A DNA stretch of 64,000 nucleotides from a virus: the IMG/VR virus record IMGVR_UViG_3300037155_000096; one strand, 5' to 3'. Under the pieces are notes generated by a model that saw only the letters and a program-made list of their open reading frames with translations, was not told the origin of the DNA and did no database searches. The position numbers and the translations under genes are program-made. Each line of letters begins with the position of its first letter. Position 1 is the stretch's first letter. Below are positions 1 through 9,561 of the stretch, one piece after another.

Positions 1-25
1 GTTGAAATTTTTGTTATGAGGTATT

Positions 26-46
26 ACTTACAAAAGGCGTGCTAAG
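26..46 (-). promoter_or_regulatory. sigma54-like promoter variant copy 1
   Basis: minus strand cttagcacg-cctt-ttgtaagt. Confidence 0.7.
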
Positions 47-96
47 AATTTGATTAAATTATCGGTGGGATGAACGTATTCTGTCGCAAATGTATG

Positions 97-462
97 CTAA
101 ATGTGCGACGAACAAGTCCATCGCCCGCCCCTTGCATAGGGCATAACCTGATTTAATAACGCCTGACACCTCCTGCGTTCTACTTCCCCTTTCTTCAGCA
201 ACTCTGCCTTCAATCCTAAATCATGTTCCATGAGACAAACCAAACACCAGATAGCCAAAGTATCTCCGTTATGATGTATCGTAGACATCAGCATCAGTAT
301 AAAAAATATCAGAGCAAGCGTATTCCATATACTCCAGAACACCCGTTTCCCGTAATTCTTCCTGATCGTTCTTTGTTCATATTTCAGGTATTCAATCATC
401 TCAACCGGTGAAGCTGCACCAAACCATGTATCGGGCAATTCTTTCATTTGCTTGTCGGTCAT
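97..462 (-). CDS. Hypothetical membrane protein
   Basis: ORF with hydrophobic segment WSIWNTLALIFFILMLMS; start overlaps stop of upstream gene. Confidence 0.6.
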   Translation of the reverse strand: MTDKQMKELPDTWFGAASPVEMIEYLKYEQRTIRKNYGKRVFWSIWNTLALIFFILMLMSTIHHNGDTLAIWCLVCLMEHDLGLKAELLKKGEVERRRCQALLNQVMPYARGGRWTCSSHI

Positions 463-797
463 AGGAAACTCCTTATGTAATCTGCAATCGGGTTATCTAA
501 TCTGCGAATTGCATCCGCTATCTCTTCTTCCAGCCCGGCCATTTCCGTGGCTAATCCTCCCTGCCATTGCGAGCCGATATGGCTGAACTTCGGATCTCCG
601 AAGAAAACATGTCCCTCCGTAACCAGCAGACCGACCGTAGTGAATCCATCCTGAACGCTAAGGCATACCGTATAACAGTAGCCGTCATTCTTGACATGGT
701 ACAAATAGTTAGTCATCTGATGTTCTTTCGGAGAGGTACAAACCGGTTCGTAAGTAACACCTTCGACGACAATGTTGGTATCTATGCTTACTTTCAT
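459..797 (-). CDS. Hypothetical protein, paralog of 794..1132
   Basis: 112 aa; shared YHV..G..YT...GHV...SH...W..G...LE...DAI pattern. Confidence 0.7.
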   Translation of the reverse strand: MKVSIDTNIVVEGVTYEPVCTSPKEHQMTNYLYHVKNDGYCYTVCLSVQDGFTTVGLLVTEGHVFFGDPKFSHIGSQWQGGLATEMAGLEEEIADAIRRLDNPIADYIRSFL

Positions 798-1132
798 AAG
801 TGTATCGTTAACATTTTACGTTTTTCTAATTTCTTGATCGCATCCTCAACCCAGTCCTCCAGTTCATCATTCTTTATCTTGAAGCCGGATTCCCATTCAG
901 GCGGATACATCCTGTGACTTAATTTCCAATCTACCTTTACATGCCCTCTGCACATGACTACTCCCAGCGTGGCATTAGTTGCATCATTTGTAACATTAAC
1001 TGCAATGGTATATTTTTCGCCGCTTGCCAAAACATGATAAACGTGGCTAACCAGATACTTCTCCAGTTTGATTCTGGATACAGCCTGATAGCCTTCGCTT
1101 CTAAACATTAACGGGAACTTGGATATCTTCAT
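794..1132 (-). CDS. Hypothetical protein, paralog of 459..797
   Basis: 112 aa; same motif pattern; 4-bp overlap. Confidence 0.7.
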   Translation of the reverse strand: MKISKFPLMFRSEGYQAVSRIKLEKYLVSHVYHVLASGEKYTIAVNVTNDATNATLGVVMCRGHVKVDWKLSHRMYPPEWESGFKIKNDELEDWVEDAIKKLEKRKMLTIHL

Positions 1133-1133
1133 G

Positions 1134-1346
1134 TCAGTTAAACGGTATTAAATTCAGTAGTACAACATTCGTGACTTTATTTTCGGTCTGCAGGAAGTTC
1201 ACCAATTTCTCTACATCCTTGTCCTTACGGATCTTCTTCATGCGAACAAATCGTCCGGACGTACATGAAACCGATGGACTCTTCGCGCATTCATACGATA
1301 CATAATATCCTATTTTCCTATTTCGGCTTCTTAATGGTCTAATCAT
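1134..1346 (-). CDS. Hypothetical protein
   Basis: ORF in co-oriented run. Confidence 0.45.
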   Translation of the reverse strand: MIRPLRSRNRKIGYYVSYECAKSPSVSCTSGRFVRMKKIRKDKDVEKLVNFLQTENKVTNVVLLNLIPFN

Positions 1347-1397
1347 CAGGCTATACCCTTACTTTTCTTGAACAATATTCAGGTTATACCCTGATTT

Positions 1398-1850
1398 TCA
1401 TCCTTCACTTAATTTCTTCGCTATTGCCGCCCCGATATCGAATCCAACAAACTCCTGTTCTTTCGGTATGGGTGTGCTTTCAACAATCTGAGCCTCTTCA
1501 ATGCTGCCGTCCCCTCTTTCAAAGAATTCCCGGTTATGTCCATGCCAAAGCGGATACTTCGGCGGATCTAACAAGAACATAATGATTGCAATACCTTCTT
1601 CTCCCCATGTTTTGCGGACCACATCATTCATGGACATACCGAACTCTTCATAATTTCCTAAACGTTCCTTGATAACACTATCGAAGCCAATGATATCGAA
1701 TCCAAGCGGTATCGGTTCTTTAATCAGGAATCTCTCCAGATCGGTGCCGAACACTCTTTTGAAATCCTTGCCCTTGTACCGGCAGTTCTGAAATCTGACC
1801 ATCATATCATAAAATACTGTGCCGGGCTTGAGCATATCTTCTTCAGTCAT
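1398..1850 (-). CDS. Hypothetical protein
   Basis: 150 aa ORF, aggaagg RBS, overlaps upstream stop. Confidence 0.65.
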   Translation of the reverse strand: MTEEDMLKPGTVFYDMMVRFQNCRYKGKDFKRVFGTDLERFLIKEPIPLGFDIIGFDSVIKERLGNYEEFGMSMNDVVRKTWGEEGIAIIMFLLDPPKYPLWHGHNREFFERGDGSIEEAQIVESTPIPKEQEFVGFDIGAAIAKKLSEG

Positions 1851-2091
1851 TGCCTTCCTTTATGAATAACTTTTCATTTAATTTCTTGTCAAGCCATGAA
1901 ATTCTGAAGGCTATGCCTATACAACACAATATCCAGAAGAACGTCAGACCTGATGCTATTGCCATAGCGCTCCACTGCGCTACTCCTGCGATTGCAAAGA
2001 CCGAGATACCTTGCAGTGCGGCTACGACTAACATTACTTTCAGTGTCTTTGCCCAATTCCATTTTTTCAATGCTTCCGGTTCTGTAATCAT
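1843..2091 (-). CDS. Small two-TM membrane protein
   Basis: Two hydrophobic helices. Confidence 0.6.
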   Translation of the reverse strand: MITEPEALKKWNWAKTLKVMLVVAALQGISVFAIAGVAQWSAMAIASGLTFFWILCCIGIAFRISWLDKKLNEKLFIKEGND

Positions 2092-2205
2092 TTACTTAAT
2101 TCCTCAATGAGTTAAAAAATGCCATGCTACTTTTATTATACACAAAGCTACGATTGCTAAAGCTACTTTCCATAAACATCCTGAACATCCCATAATACGT
2201 TTCCT

Positions 2206-3384
2206 TTATTTTTTCTTTTTACGTTTCGTTAACTGTGCTGCGCCTAATCTCTGATATGCAGATGGCTGTGTCTCGGACACCGGAGACTTTTTTGCTTTTT
2301 TCTTGGTCTTAGACTTAAACTTATTCGTCAAAGCTGCATCAGCATTAGCTCCGAGCTGAGCAATATCAAGTTTAGTAACGTTCATTTCCAGAGCGAGTCC
2401 TTCCCCCTCAATTCGAGCAGCAATCCTGTCAATGGGGATCATACGAGCCGCCAGATAAGCGATTCGCTCTTTAGTCTTATCAACATCGATACAATTAAAC
2501 GTTTTGGTCAGGAATGCTGAACTAGCCTTCTTTGTCGTTAATTGCAAAATGCTCTGGTGATGCAATATATACTCGTTTCCTTTAATCTCCTCCACATTCT
2601 CGGTATTCCCTAAGAACCTAATGATCGACTCTATCGTCTGACCGCCACTATCCCTGCAATATTTTTCTAATATCGCCTTTACATTGTCAACTTTCGGACA
2701 TTTCAATAAGTGTACTTTGCCTGACTCCCTGTCCTGCAGCGTAACATATCCGGATTTCTTTTCCATCGTGCCTGGCTGGGCTGTAAAATGCGTATAAACT
2801 GCAGTCGGAATCATATTCTCATTGCCAAGCTGTCCTATGATATGACCTACATCTTTGCCTTCTTCTGCCAGTTGTCGCGCCCTCACAAGGACTCGATCCT
2901 TCGATTCATGCGGAACGGCTATCGAATATGGTATGCTGTCCTCTCTGTCCCTCATGGTTATGAGGCAGGTTCCGGTATATTTTTTCGAGCCTCCGAAATC
3001 AATCGGAACGTGCGGATTCTTCAAATCCTTTATGCGTGCAATCTGACATATTCCTATCTTGACATATTTCCCCTCGTGAATAGAACCGATTCCTATGTCG
3101 GCTAATATTCTCCCTGGCACAACATCACCATCCTGAAGGGCTGCCAAATCGATGTTTCTACGGATATTTTTCTGAATATGTTCATCAATAATCTCGTCTG
3201 GCGAGAACACCGTTACCTTATCCCCGTCCTGGCGGTTCACCTTAGCTTTCAACTCCACGAGCATATTATCAAATTTCTTCGCAAGCTCGGGCATGCCTTT
3301 GGTTCGGGCATCTTCAGACAGAAATAACAATTCAGCCCAATTAAAGCCATTTACAGTGTATACGTGCTTTTCGGTAACTTCCAT
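2206..3384 (-). CDS. Hypothetical protein with internal repeats and Lys-rich tail
   Basis: 392 aa ORF directly downstream of promoter copy 2; ends TKRKKKK. Confidence 0.75.
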   Translation of the reverse strand: MEVTEKHVYTVNGFNWAELLFLSEDARTKGMPELAKKFDNMLVELKAKVNRQDGDKVTVFSPDEIIDEHIQKNIRRNIDLAALQDGDVVPGRILADIGIGSIHEGKYVKIGICQIARIKDLKNPHVPIDFGGSKKYTGTCLITMRDREDSIPYSIAVPHESKDRVLVRARQLAEEGKDVGHIIGQLGNENMIPTAVYTHFTAQPGTMEKKSGYVTLQDRESGKVHLLKCPKVDNVKAILEKYCRDSGGQTIESIIRFLGNTENVEEIKGNEYILHHQSILQLTTKKASSAFLTKTFNCIDVDKTKERIAYLAARMIPIDRIAARIEGEGLALEMNVTKLDIAQLGANADAALTNKFKSKTKKKAKKSPVSETQPSAYQRLGAAQLTKRKKKK

Positions 3385-3432
3385 TTTATCTCCAATAACG
3401 GTTTAATCGTTAATTTTTATGTTTGTAAGATA

Positions 3433-3453
3433 ACTTACAAGAAACGTGCTAAG
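3433..3453 (-). promoter_or_regulatory. sigma54-like promoter variant copy 2
   Basis: cttagcacg-tttc-ttgtaagt. Confidence 0.7.
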
Positions 3454-3463
3454 AAAAAAGGTA

Positions 3464-3788
3464 GTCAATACCCGACCTACGTAGCTGGTTCGATAGTGTC
3501 TGACCTATCGGATTGGATCATCGCCACCGACTATCAACAAATGCGAAAGGAACTGTTTCTGAGACGCTCCACCGAGGCATACGTTTTTGCACAAAGTATG
3601 CGTGAGCTTCAGTGCGAACACAGAGGTTTGCGGACTGAGTGTCTTTTCTAAGGACACTATTACCGCTAGACCATTCCTTACTCTCATGCTAGTATGCAAC
3701 CCACATGATCGGTTCTCGCAACTCTTTCAAGGATGCTGGTTATTGCAGCCACCTCCTAAACGAATTCCGGAAACTGCAGGTACTTGAC
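3464..3788. ncRNA. Candidate structured non-coding element (HEARO/omegaRNA- or MITE-like)
   Basis: 325 bp without a credible ORF; inverted termini gtcaataccc/ggtacttgac; several hairpins. Confidence 0.4.
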
Positions 3789-3995
3789 TTAAACTTTCTT
3801 AATTTTAATCTGGCGCGGATCTGCCTCGTACTCAATTTCTTCACCGCCCAGTTCATTTATAATCGCTAATAACAAGGGATCAACTTCATCACTGACTTCG
3901 TGGAAACAGTTACATGGAATCAGAAACGTCATGTCATCATGTTCTCTTTCTCCAGTGCCATGGCATAACGGACAATCGTGGTTCGGTACTCTCAT
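3789..3995 (-). CDS. Small Zn-finger-like protein
   Basis: CPLCHGTG...CNC motif. Confidence 0.6.
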   Translation of the reverse strand: MRVPNHDCPLCHGTGEREHDDMTFLIPCNCFHEVSDEVDPLLLAIINELGGEEIEYEADPRQIKIKKV

Positions 3996-4026
3996 TAAGA
4001 TAGACTCAATTTGTTACAAAAATAAA

Positions 4027-4971
4027 TTATTCGATGCCAGTTGCCGGCCATTTCGCCGAGATTTCAGATATCTCTTCATCCAAGAATGACATCGCACTTT
4101 TGACATCCACCGGCATTATCTTCTTAATCGGTTTCCTTCTGGGTGCCTTCATCATCTTTTTCGTGGGCCAACCCTTTTCCTCAGCTAACGTTAATTCTCT
4201 GGGTGCTTTGGATACTCCCATTACTTCCATCTTCTCAATTTCTTCCGGAGTGAATGCTGGAGCCAATTTACCGAGCAATTCATCTTCCTTTTTAGACTTT
4301 CCTGTTTTCTTATTATTTTCCTTAATGTATGCCTTAATCAACGCCTCAGCTTCATCCATCTTATCAGAGTCAAAGCCTCCGCAGATCGTCCCAAATCCGT
4401 CAGTCAGCATATCGTAAGCATTAGCTGCCGCCCCGAGGCATCCATCTTCCCGAACCTCCTTCAGCCATTCGGCTTGAACAGCTGCATCAGTAGGAGATAC
4501 AACCGATTCAAAATATATCGCTGCTGGCAAATATCCGTCCAGACCAGCCAGTTCGTCCGCCTCTGATTTCCCGCCCTTAAATCCTATGGACATATCCCAA
4601 AAGAATCCTTCAGCGTCTTTACCGTCAGCACCGATTACCCGGTTCTCCCATAAGTAAACTATCTGCCAGCCATTATTATTGTCTTCCTTATATAAATCCG
4701 AAACTTTCTTATAAGTATCCGTCTCATCTACAAAGTCATTCAGCCCATCGTCCGTAATTGCCGCCACGTAACGATAAGCCTTCTGCCAGTCTCCCCTGAT
4801 GATCATTCCGGACTGAGTCTTGCTCTCGTGCCATTTTGCGAATAGCTTTACGAATGCCATAGCACCATAAGGCTGGGACCGTGGAGAATTCCAGTGTTTA
4901 TAAAACGAGGCGAAATTTACCTCCCCTTCTTTATTCTTGCTGACTACGTACGTCTGATGTCGTTGTCCCAT
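4027..4971 (-). CDS. Phage-type hypothetical protein (MGQRHQ start)
   Basis: ATG at 4971 after aaaggata; ORF track extends to 5031. Confidence 0.7.
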   Translation of the reverse strand: MGQRHQTYVVSKNKEGEVNFASFYKHWNSPRSQPYGAMAFVKLFAKWHESKTQSGMIIRGDWQKAYRYVAAITDDGLNDFVDETDTYKKVSDLYKEDNNNGWQIVYLWENRVIGADGKDAEGFFWDMSIGFKGGKSEADELAGLDGYLPAAIYFESVVSPTDAAVQAEWLKEVREDGCLGAAANAYDMLTDGFGTICGGFDSDKMDEAEALIKAYIKENNKKTGKSKKEDELLGKLAPAFTPEEIEKMEVMGVSKAPRELTLAEEKGWPTKKMMKAPRRKPIKKIMPVDVKSAMSFLDEEISEISAKWPATGIE

Positions 4972-5167
4972 CCTGTATCCTTTTAATAACTTGACTCTTA
5001 AATTGCTTGCTGAACGTAGATTGCTCCACAAGCTTTAACTGTTGGTCTTTAACGCTGGTCTGCTCTTTAACAAATCGGGCTACAAATTCAATTTTCTTGA
5101 TTCTGCCTGGTCGCATACTTCTCCTATTTCCTGACTTGGGGTGTTATAAAATTTGTTATAGGTATGT

Positions 5168-5188
5168 ACTTACAAGTTCCGTGCTAAG
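5168..5188 (-). promoter_or_regulatory. sigma54-like promoter variant copy 3
   Basis: cttagcacg-gaac-ttgtaagt. Confidence 0.7.
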
Positions 5189-5217
5189 AATTTTCGGGAT
5201 TCTCTGATGCGACGGAA

Positions 5218-5784
5218 CTAAGGATCTACGCGGACACTCAGAATATCCGCCATTGTCGTGGGATGTTCGGCTACCACCGATACTGTATAATGAGCCCCTT
5301 TTCTTACTGTCAGCTTAGTCAATCGTCGGCTGGTAAAGGTCTTTGGATCGCCCAACGGAAGAAGTTCTCCATTCACTTCAAGATGCCCCTCTAATACATG
5401 CATCGTGTACGTGCCATGCGACGGATTTTCGTTAATGCCGAGGATTTCAAAATCAGCATGAGCGTGAACCGCATACTGAAAAAACCTCCCCGTGGCCTCC
5501 TCATGCAAAGGTCTTACTATCGAGTGCGGAGTAACTATCGGCGACATCTGAGTTCGTTTGCACACATGAAAGAAATCCCCTGAGCACGCCCCCAAAGCTG
5601 TGGCGATAAGTTTTATCTGGTCATACTTGGGCTGCTGCTCGCCTGAGAGCAATCTGGATATTACTGATTTGGAAAGTCCTGTCTTCTTGCAGAGCCTGAC
5701 TTGACTAAAGTCTCTGTCTGACATCATCTTATTTAATCTTGTAGAAAAAATCTTAACCTCCCCTATCGATAAAATGTGACACAA
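5218..5784 (-). CDS. XRE-family HTH regulator with C-terminal cupin-like domain
   Basis: FSQVRLCKKTGLSKSVISRLLSGEQQP HTH; HVLEGHLEVNG cupin-like; start uncertain. Confidence 0.75.
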   Translation of the reverse strand: MCHILSIGEVKIFSTRLNKMMSDRDFSQVRLCKKTGLSKSVISRLLSGEQQPKYDQIKLIATALGACSGDFFHVCKRTQMSPIVTPHSIVRPLHEEATGRFFQYAVHAHADFEILGINENPSHGTYTMHVLEGHLEVNGELLPLGDPKTFTSRRLTKLTVRKGAHYTVSVVAEHPTTMADILSVRVDP

Positions 5785-5797
5785 AATACGGATAAAA

Positions 5798-5876
5798 TTG
5801 TCAGTTAAACTTGCTCGTCTCCGGGCACGCTCCGGCTGTTGCTACGCCCTATGCCTCGCCAATTGTAAAATATGAA
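5798..5876. repeat. 79-bp direct repeat copy 1
   Basis: 71/79 identical (counted by eye) to 6222..6300. Confidence 0.9.
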
Positions 5877-5902
5877 AAGGAATTTTATTGTTACAACTTA
5901 TT

Positions 5903-6172
5903 TTATGAAGTATATCTCAATAAAACTTTTGCGTTTATTTCCTTTTCTAAATGAGTTACAAATTCAGCAAGGGTTATCTTTAGGTGAGTGCATATTTCCC
6001 GAAGTTCTATTATATCTACTTTCCTTTGACCTGTTTCAATCTTACTAATATAGGATTGAGGAACACCTAGCTTCTTAGCCAAATCAACCTGAAGAAGCCC
6101 AGCTTTTGTCCGGTATTCAGTAAATACCTGGACAAAAAACTTATATTCCTTTTTATAGATACTCTTTTTCAC
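5903..6172 (-). CDS. XRE-family HTH (controller-protein-like)
   Basis: AGLLQVDLAKKLGVPQSYISKIETGQRKVD. Confidence 0.85.
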   Translation of the reverse strand: MKKSIYKKEYKFFVQVFTEYRTKAGLLQVDLAKKLGVPQSYISKIETGQRKVDIIELREICTHLKITLAEFVTHLEKEINAKVLLRYTS

Positions 6173-6197
6173 ACCATAAATTTATATCCTGATATCG

Positions 6198-6218
6198 AAT
6201 ATCCCATTTTGGGATATT
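6198..6218. promoter_or_regulatory. Palindromic operator candidate upstream of XRE gene
   Basis: aatatccca-ttt-tgggatatt; related aatatccctttggatat at 8524..8540. Confidence 0.5.
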
Positions 6219-6221
6219 ATA

Positions 6222-6300
6222 TTGTCAATTAAACTTGCTCGTCTCCGGGCACGCTCCCGTTGTCGCTACGCCCTACACCTCACCATTTGTAAAATATGAA
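6222..6300. repeat. 79-bp direct repeat copy 2
   Basis: Matches 5798..5876. Confidence 0.9.
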
Positions 6301-6464
6301 TAGATATATAATATTGTTTACTTGATAGGAATTGAATATTAAAAGAATATCCATTAACTTTATATAAATTTATATCTGTGTTTGGCTAATGATGAGCGGG
6401 TTAAGATTCCATTAAGAACTAAATGGTAAGAATATAGAATAATTAATAATTATTGAGCTAATTT

Positions 6465-7292
6465 ATGGAGAGAGAAATAGAGTTATTAAAAATATTAAAT
6501 TCATTTATCTTAATAGGAAAAGGTAGCAAATTAACTGCTTCGGACAAAGATAATCGGTTATTAGACGCAGAAGGATTAGGTGTTAAAATATTATACCACG
6601 CTTTAACCATCCTTTATCTATATCGTTCAACAAACATTCCAGATTTAAGTATAACAAATATCAGTTTTTTTGATGCCGCTTCAATTAATGTTCTTGGAAG
6701 AGCTGCTATTGAATCATTTTTAGTCTTTCAATATGTCTTTGTTAATAACAAAGACTATGAGCATGAAGATTATCACTATTTATCTTGGGTTTTGGGAGGA
6801 CTTATTGAAAGACAAAATTTGCCCATTTATTCACCTGAAGGCAAAAAAGTGTTAGAAGACGACCGCAAATTCATTCTAAGCTTAGAACCAAGGTTAAAAA
6901 CTAACAAATATTTTCTTGATCTAACGGATAAACAAAAAACTAATCTATTAACAAAAGGTATTTGGCGGTTAAAATCTTGGAGTGATATTGGATTAGAATC
7001 TGGGTTAAGCGATTCCTATGCAAAAGCATTTTATGGTTATCTCTGTGGTTATGCTCATGCGAGTAATTTAAGTGTTCTTCAATTAAGGCAAGCGGAAACA
7101 GCAACAGCTCAAAAAAAATTATGTGAGGCAACTATTGGTTATCTTTTAATTGCTTTATCAAAATTTATTAAATCCTATACGAAAGTATTTTCGCAAGCAA
7201 AACCAATTTATGATTCGCTAATTGATAGAAATATTATTGAGGTTTGGGACTCAGTTGGGTCTAAATCTTTAAGGGATGTTCAAATTGATTAA
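6465..7292 (+). CDS. DUF5677-like protein
   Basis: ASINVLGRAAIESF ... FYGYLCGYAH pattern. Confidence 0.6.
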   Translation: MEREIELLKILNSFILIGKGSKLTASDKDNRLLDAEGLGVKILYHALTILYLYRSTNIPDLSITNISFFDAASINVLGRAAIESFLVFQYVFVNNKDYEHEDYHYLSWVLGGLIERQNLPIYSPEGKKVLEDDRKFILSLEPRLKTNKYFLDLTDKQKTNLLTKGIWRLKSWSDIGLESGLSDSYAKAFYGYLCGYAHASNLSVLQLRQAETATAQKKLCEATIGYLLIALSKFIKSYTKVFSQAKPIYDSLIDRNIIEVWDSVGSKSLRDVQID

Positions 7293-7318
7293 ACAGATTC
7301 TAAACTATTGAGATATTT

Positions 7319-8494
7319 ATGTGCATATTAAAACATTTATTCAGAATTGTAATAGTTGTGTTAACAATATTAATATTTGGTTGTAATCCTGCAATAATGA
7401 CAACCTTACCGAAACCATTAGGTAAAATTACAAAGTCTGAAATTATAAATAATTATTTAGATTCGAATTCACTTGATTTTGTGGAAGGTATTTGGTCTTG
7501 GGATGATAACCAATACGAAGTCGCTATCATAAAAAACAAAACTAATACATATTCCCAATATGATTATATTGGAATAATAACCGAAACAAGAAATAAAGGT
7601 TGGGTGGTAGGAGAGATAAAATTACTTTTAAAAAAGACAGTTTCTGAATATGTATATTCTGTTATTTATTATATGGGAGATAAATCAGAAACTGGCTCTA
7701 CTTTGACAATGCCAAATGAAAATATGATTGAAATGATGTTACCAACTGGCGAAAATTATGCAAAAGAGAAAGTTATTCTAATAAAATCATATCCGTCAAA
7801 CAAGAAAGAAATATTTAAAAGTAATGAAAGTATCAATATTAGTGGAACTGGATTTTTTATTTCAAATGATGTAATTGCCACTAATTATCATGTAGTAGCT
7901 GAAGCAAAAGAGATAAAAATTAATCTTAACCAAAACTACTATAATGCAAGATTGTTAATAAAAGATGCAACAAATGATTTAGCCTTATTGCAAATTAGCT
8001 TCAAGGATAGTCCAATAGAAAGGAAAATGTTTTTAGAGCAAGTCAAACCTTTACCTATTGGTAGAGTTAATAATATTAAAGAAGGTGATAAGGTATTTAC
8101 AATTGGATTTCCACTATCGCAAGAATTAGGGAAATCACCAAGAGTAAGTGAAGGAATAATAAATAGCACTTATGGAATGGAAGATGATCCTCGAATGTTT
8201 CAGGTAAGCATTCCTGTCCAACCTGGAAATAGTGGGGGGCCGATGTTTAATCAATTTGGTGAAGTAGTCGGTATAATTACTTCTACTATTAACAATGCAT
8301 ATCTTATTATGAAAAAAGGAACTTTTTCACAAAATGTAAATTTTGCAGTAAAAATAAATTATTTGAACAATCTCCTTGAATTATTACCCGAAAAGATAGA
8401 ACCAACTAAAAGACAAGATATGAATCAAAAAACAATTTCCGAATTTGTTGAATTATATAAAAAATCAGTTGTTCTTATAGAGGTTAAACAATAA
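7319..8494 (+). CDS. Lipoprotein trypsin-like (S1) serine protease
   Basis: Lipobox IFGC; triad motifs TNYHVV, DLALL, GNSGGP. Confidence 0.9.
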   Translation: MCILKHLFRIVIVVLTILIFGCNPAIMTTLPKPLGKITKSEIINNYLDSNSLDFVEGIWSWDDNQYEVAIIKNKTNTYSQYDYIGIITETRNKGWVVGEIKLLLKKTVSEYVYSVIYYMGDKSETGSTLTMPNENMIEMMLPTGENYAKEKVILIKSYPSNKKEIFKSNESINISGTGFFISNDVIATNYHVVAEAKEIKINLNQNYYNARLLIKDATNDLALLQISFKDSPIERKMFLEQVKPLPIGRVNNIKEGDKVFTIGFPLSQELGKSPRVSEGIINSTYGMEDDPRMFQVSIPVQPGNSGGPMFNQFGEVVGIITSTINNAYLIMKKGTFSQNVNFAVKINYLNNLLELLPEKIEPTKRQDMNQKTISEFVELYKKSVVLIEVKQ

Positions 8495-8581
8495 AATTAA
8501 AAAGGATATCGGTTTAAATTTAGAATATCCCTTTGGATATATTTGCTGATTATATTTTAATTGATACAGACCAAAAAACTA

Positions 8582-8788
8582 TCATGCATGAGCCTCCTTA
8601 TGCTTATTCACCATGCTTAGCATATGTTCTTGGAATTCCAACGCCGTACGGTCTTTCCAATCTAACATGATTGCCGCCCTTCCTTCTTCATCAGCCTGAA
8701 GCCATCTCAGGAACTGAGTCTGATACAATTTTTCAATGTTCAGTAGGTACGTCTCCATATAAAGTTTCCTCTTTTGGCGGATTGGCAA
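8582..8788 (-). CDS. Hypothetical protein
   Basis: ORF in co-oriented run. Confidence 0.45.
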   Translation of the reverse strand: MPIRQKRKLYMETYLLNIEKLYQTQFLRWLQADEEGRAAIMLDWKDRTALEFQEHMLSMVNKHKEAHA

Positions 8789-8966
8789 TCATGTGCTCAG
8801 CCGTTCCCTTGAATAAATTGATCGCGTTGAGGTATCCAGTATTTGCTGACCACTGGACTTCGTCCTTCGAGGGCAGAATGAATGCTATGCCGAGAAACGG
8901 GATCTCCCCATATTCCTTGGTAAACAGATCCACTACATCCCTTGTAATATCTTCTAAACTTCTCAT
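8733..8966 (-). CDS. Hypothetical protein
   Basis: ORF with RBS, 4-bp overlap upstream. Confidence 0.55.
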   Translation of the reverse strand: MRSLEDITRDVVDLFTKEYGEIPFLGIAFILPSKDEVQWSANTGYLNAINLFKGTAEHMIANPPKEETLYGDVPTEH

Positions 8967-9145
8967 ACTGCCTTCCCTAAAAATTCTCTATTATACCATA
9001 CATACGGCGCGTAGCATGAAGTCGACTCCCTGCCCGGCACATTCACCAAGTAGCCGTCACCTTGCTTTCGGATAACATCCGCAATATCACCAGCCTTGAA
9101 GCCAGCATTATCCAGAAGTAACTTTACTTTCTTGGGCGTTTTCAT
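8963..9145 (-). CDS. Hypothetical protein
   Basis: FKAGDIADV SH3-like start; coupled overlaps. Confidence 0.55.
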   Translation of the reverse strand: MKTPKKVKLLLDNAGFKAGDIADVIRKQGDGYLVNVPGRESTSCYAPYVWYNREFLGKAV

Positions 9146-9561
9146 TTCTTATCCTCAAACAGTCTTTGTTTAGCACCGTGCTTCGTTGCTTCTTCCGGAG
9201 TCTCCACGCTTCTGTCTGACCATCCGAATGGAAATCCTACATTCGTTCTGACTTCCTTCAATACCCATAAATGAAACTGGTTCGATTCATCGATGAGTCT
9301 CGACTCTGCAGGATATAATTCGACTGCCTCGTTCTCGGGACCAACCAGTTCGTTCTTAATCTTCTGAAGCTCCCGCCAGTCGTGGATGCATTCCTTATCA
9401 ATACGTTTAATGCTCAGCCACCACATTGCCGGCCAGTCCTTTGCTTGCATGCCCGATTCAAGAGCATCGCTTTTGATTACCTGATACTTATCGTTCAGAT
9501 AGAACTGTACCTTTCTGTCCGGATATCCTTCCGGAGTTTCAACTGCTTCAAATGGTGTCAT
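9142..9561 (-). CDS. Conserved phage protein (DUF7694-like)
   Basis: WLSIKR...DWRELQKIKNELVGPENEAVELYPAESRL...HLW. Confidence 0.7.
   Translation of the reverse strand: MTPFEAVETPEGYPDRKVQFYLNDKYQVIKSDALESGMQAKDWPAMWWLSIKRIDKECIHDWRELQKIKNELVGPENEAVELYPAESRLIDESNQFHLWVLKEVRTNVGFPFGWSDRSVETPEEATKHGAKQRLFEDKK

Larger units (their letters stand above)
5798..8581. mobile_element. Small AT-rich insertion (XRE, DUF5677, protease)
   Basis: Abrupt AT enrichment, two plus-strand genes in a minus-strand backbone, direct repeats at left edge. Confidence 0.6.
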
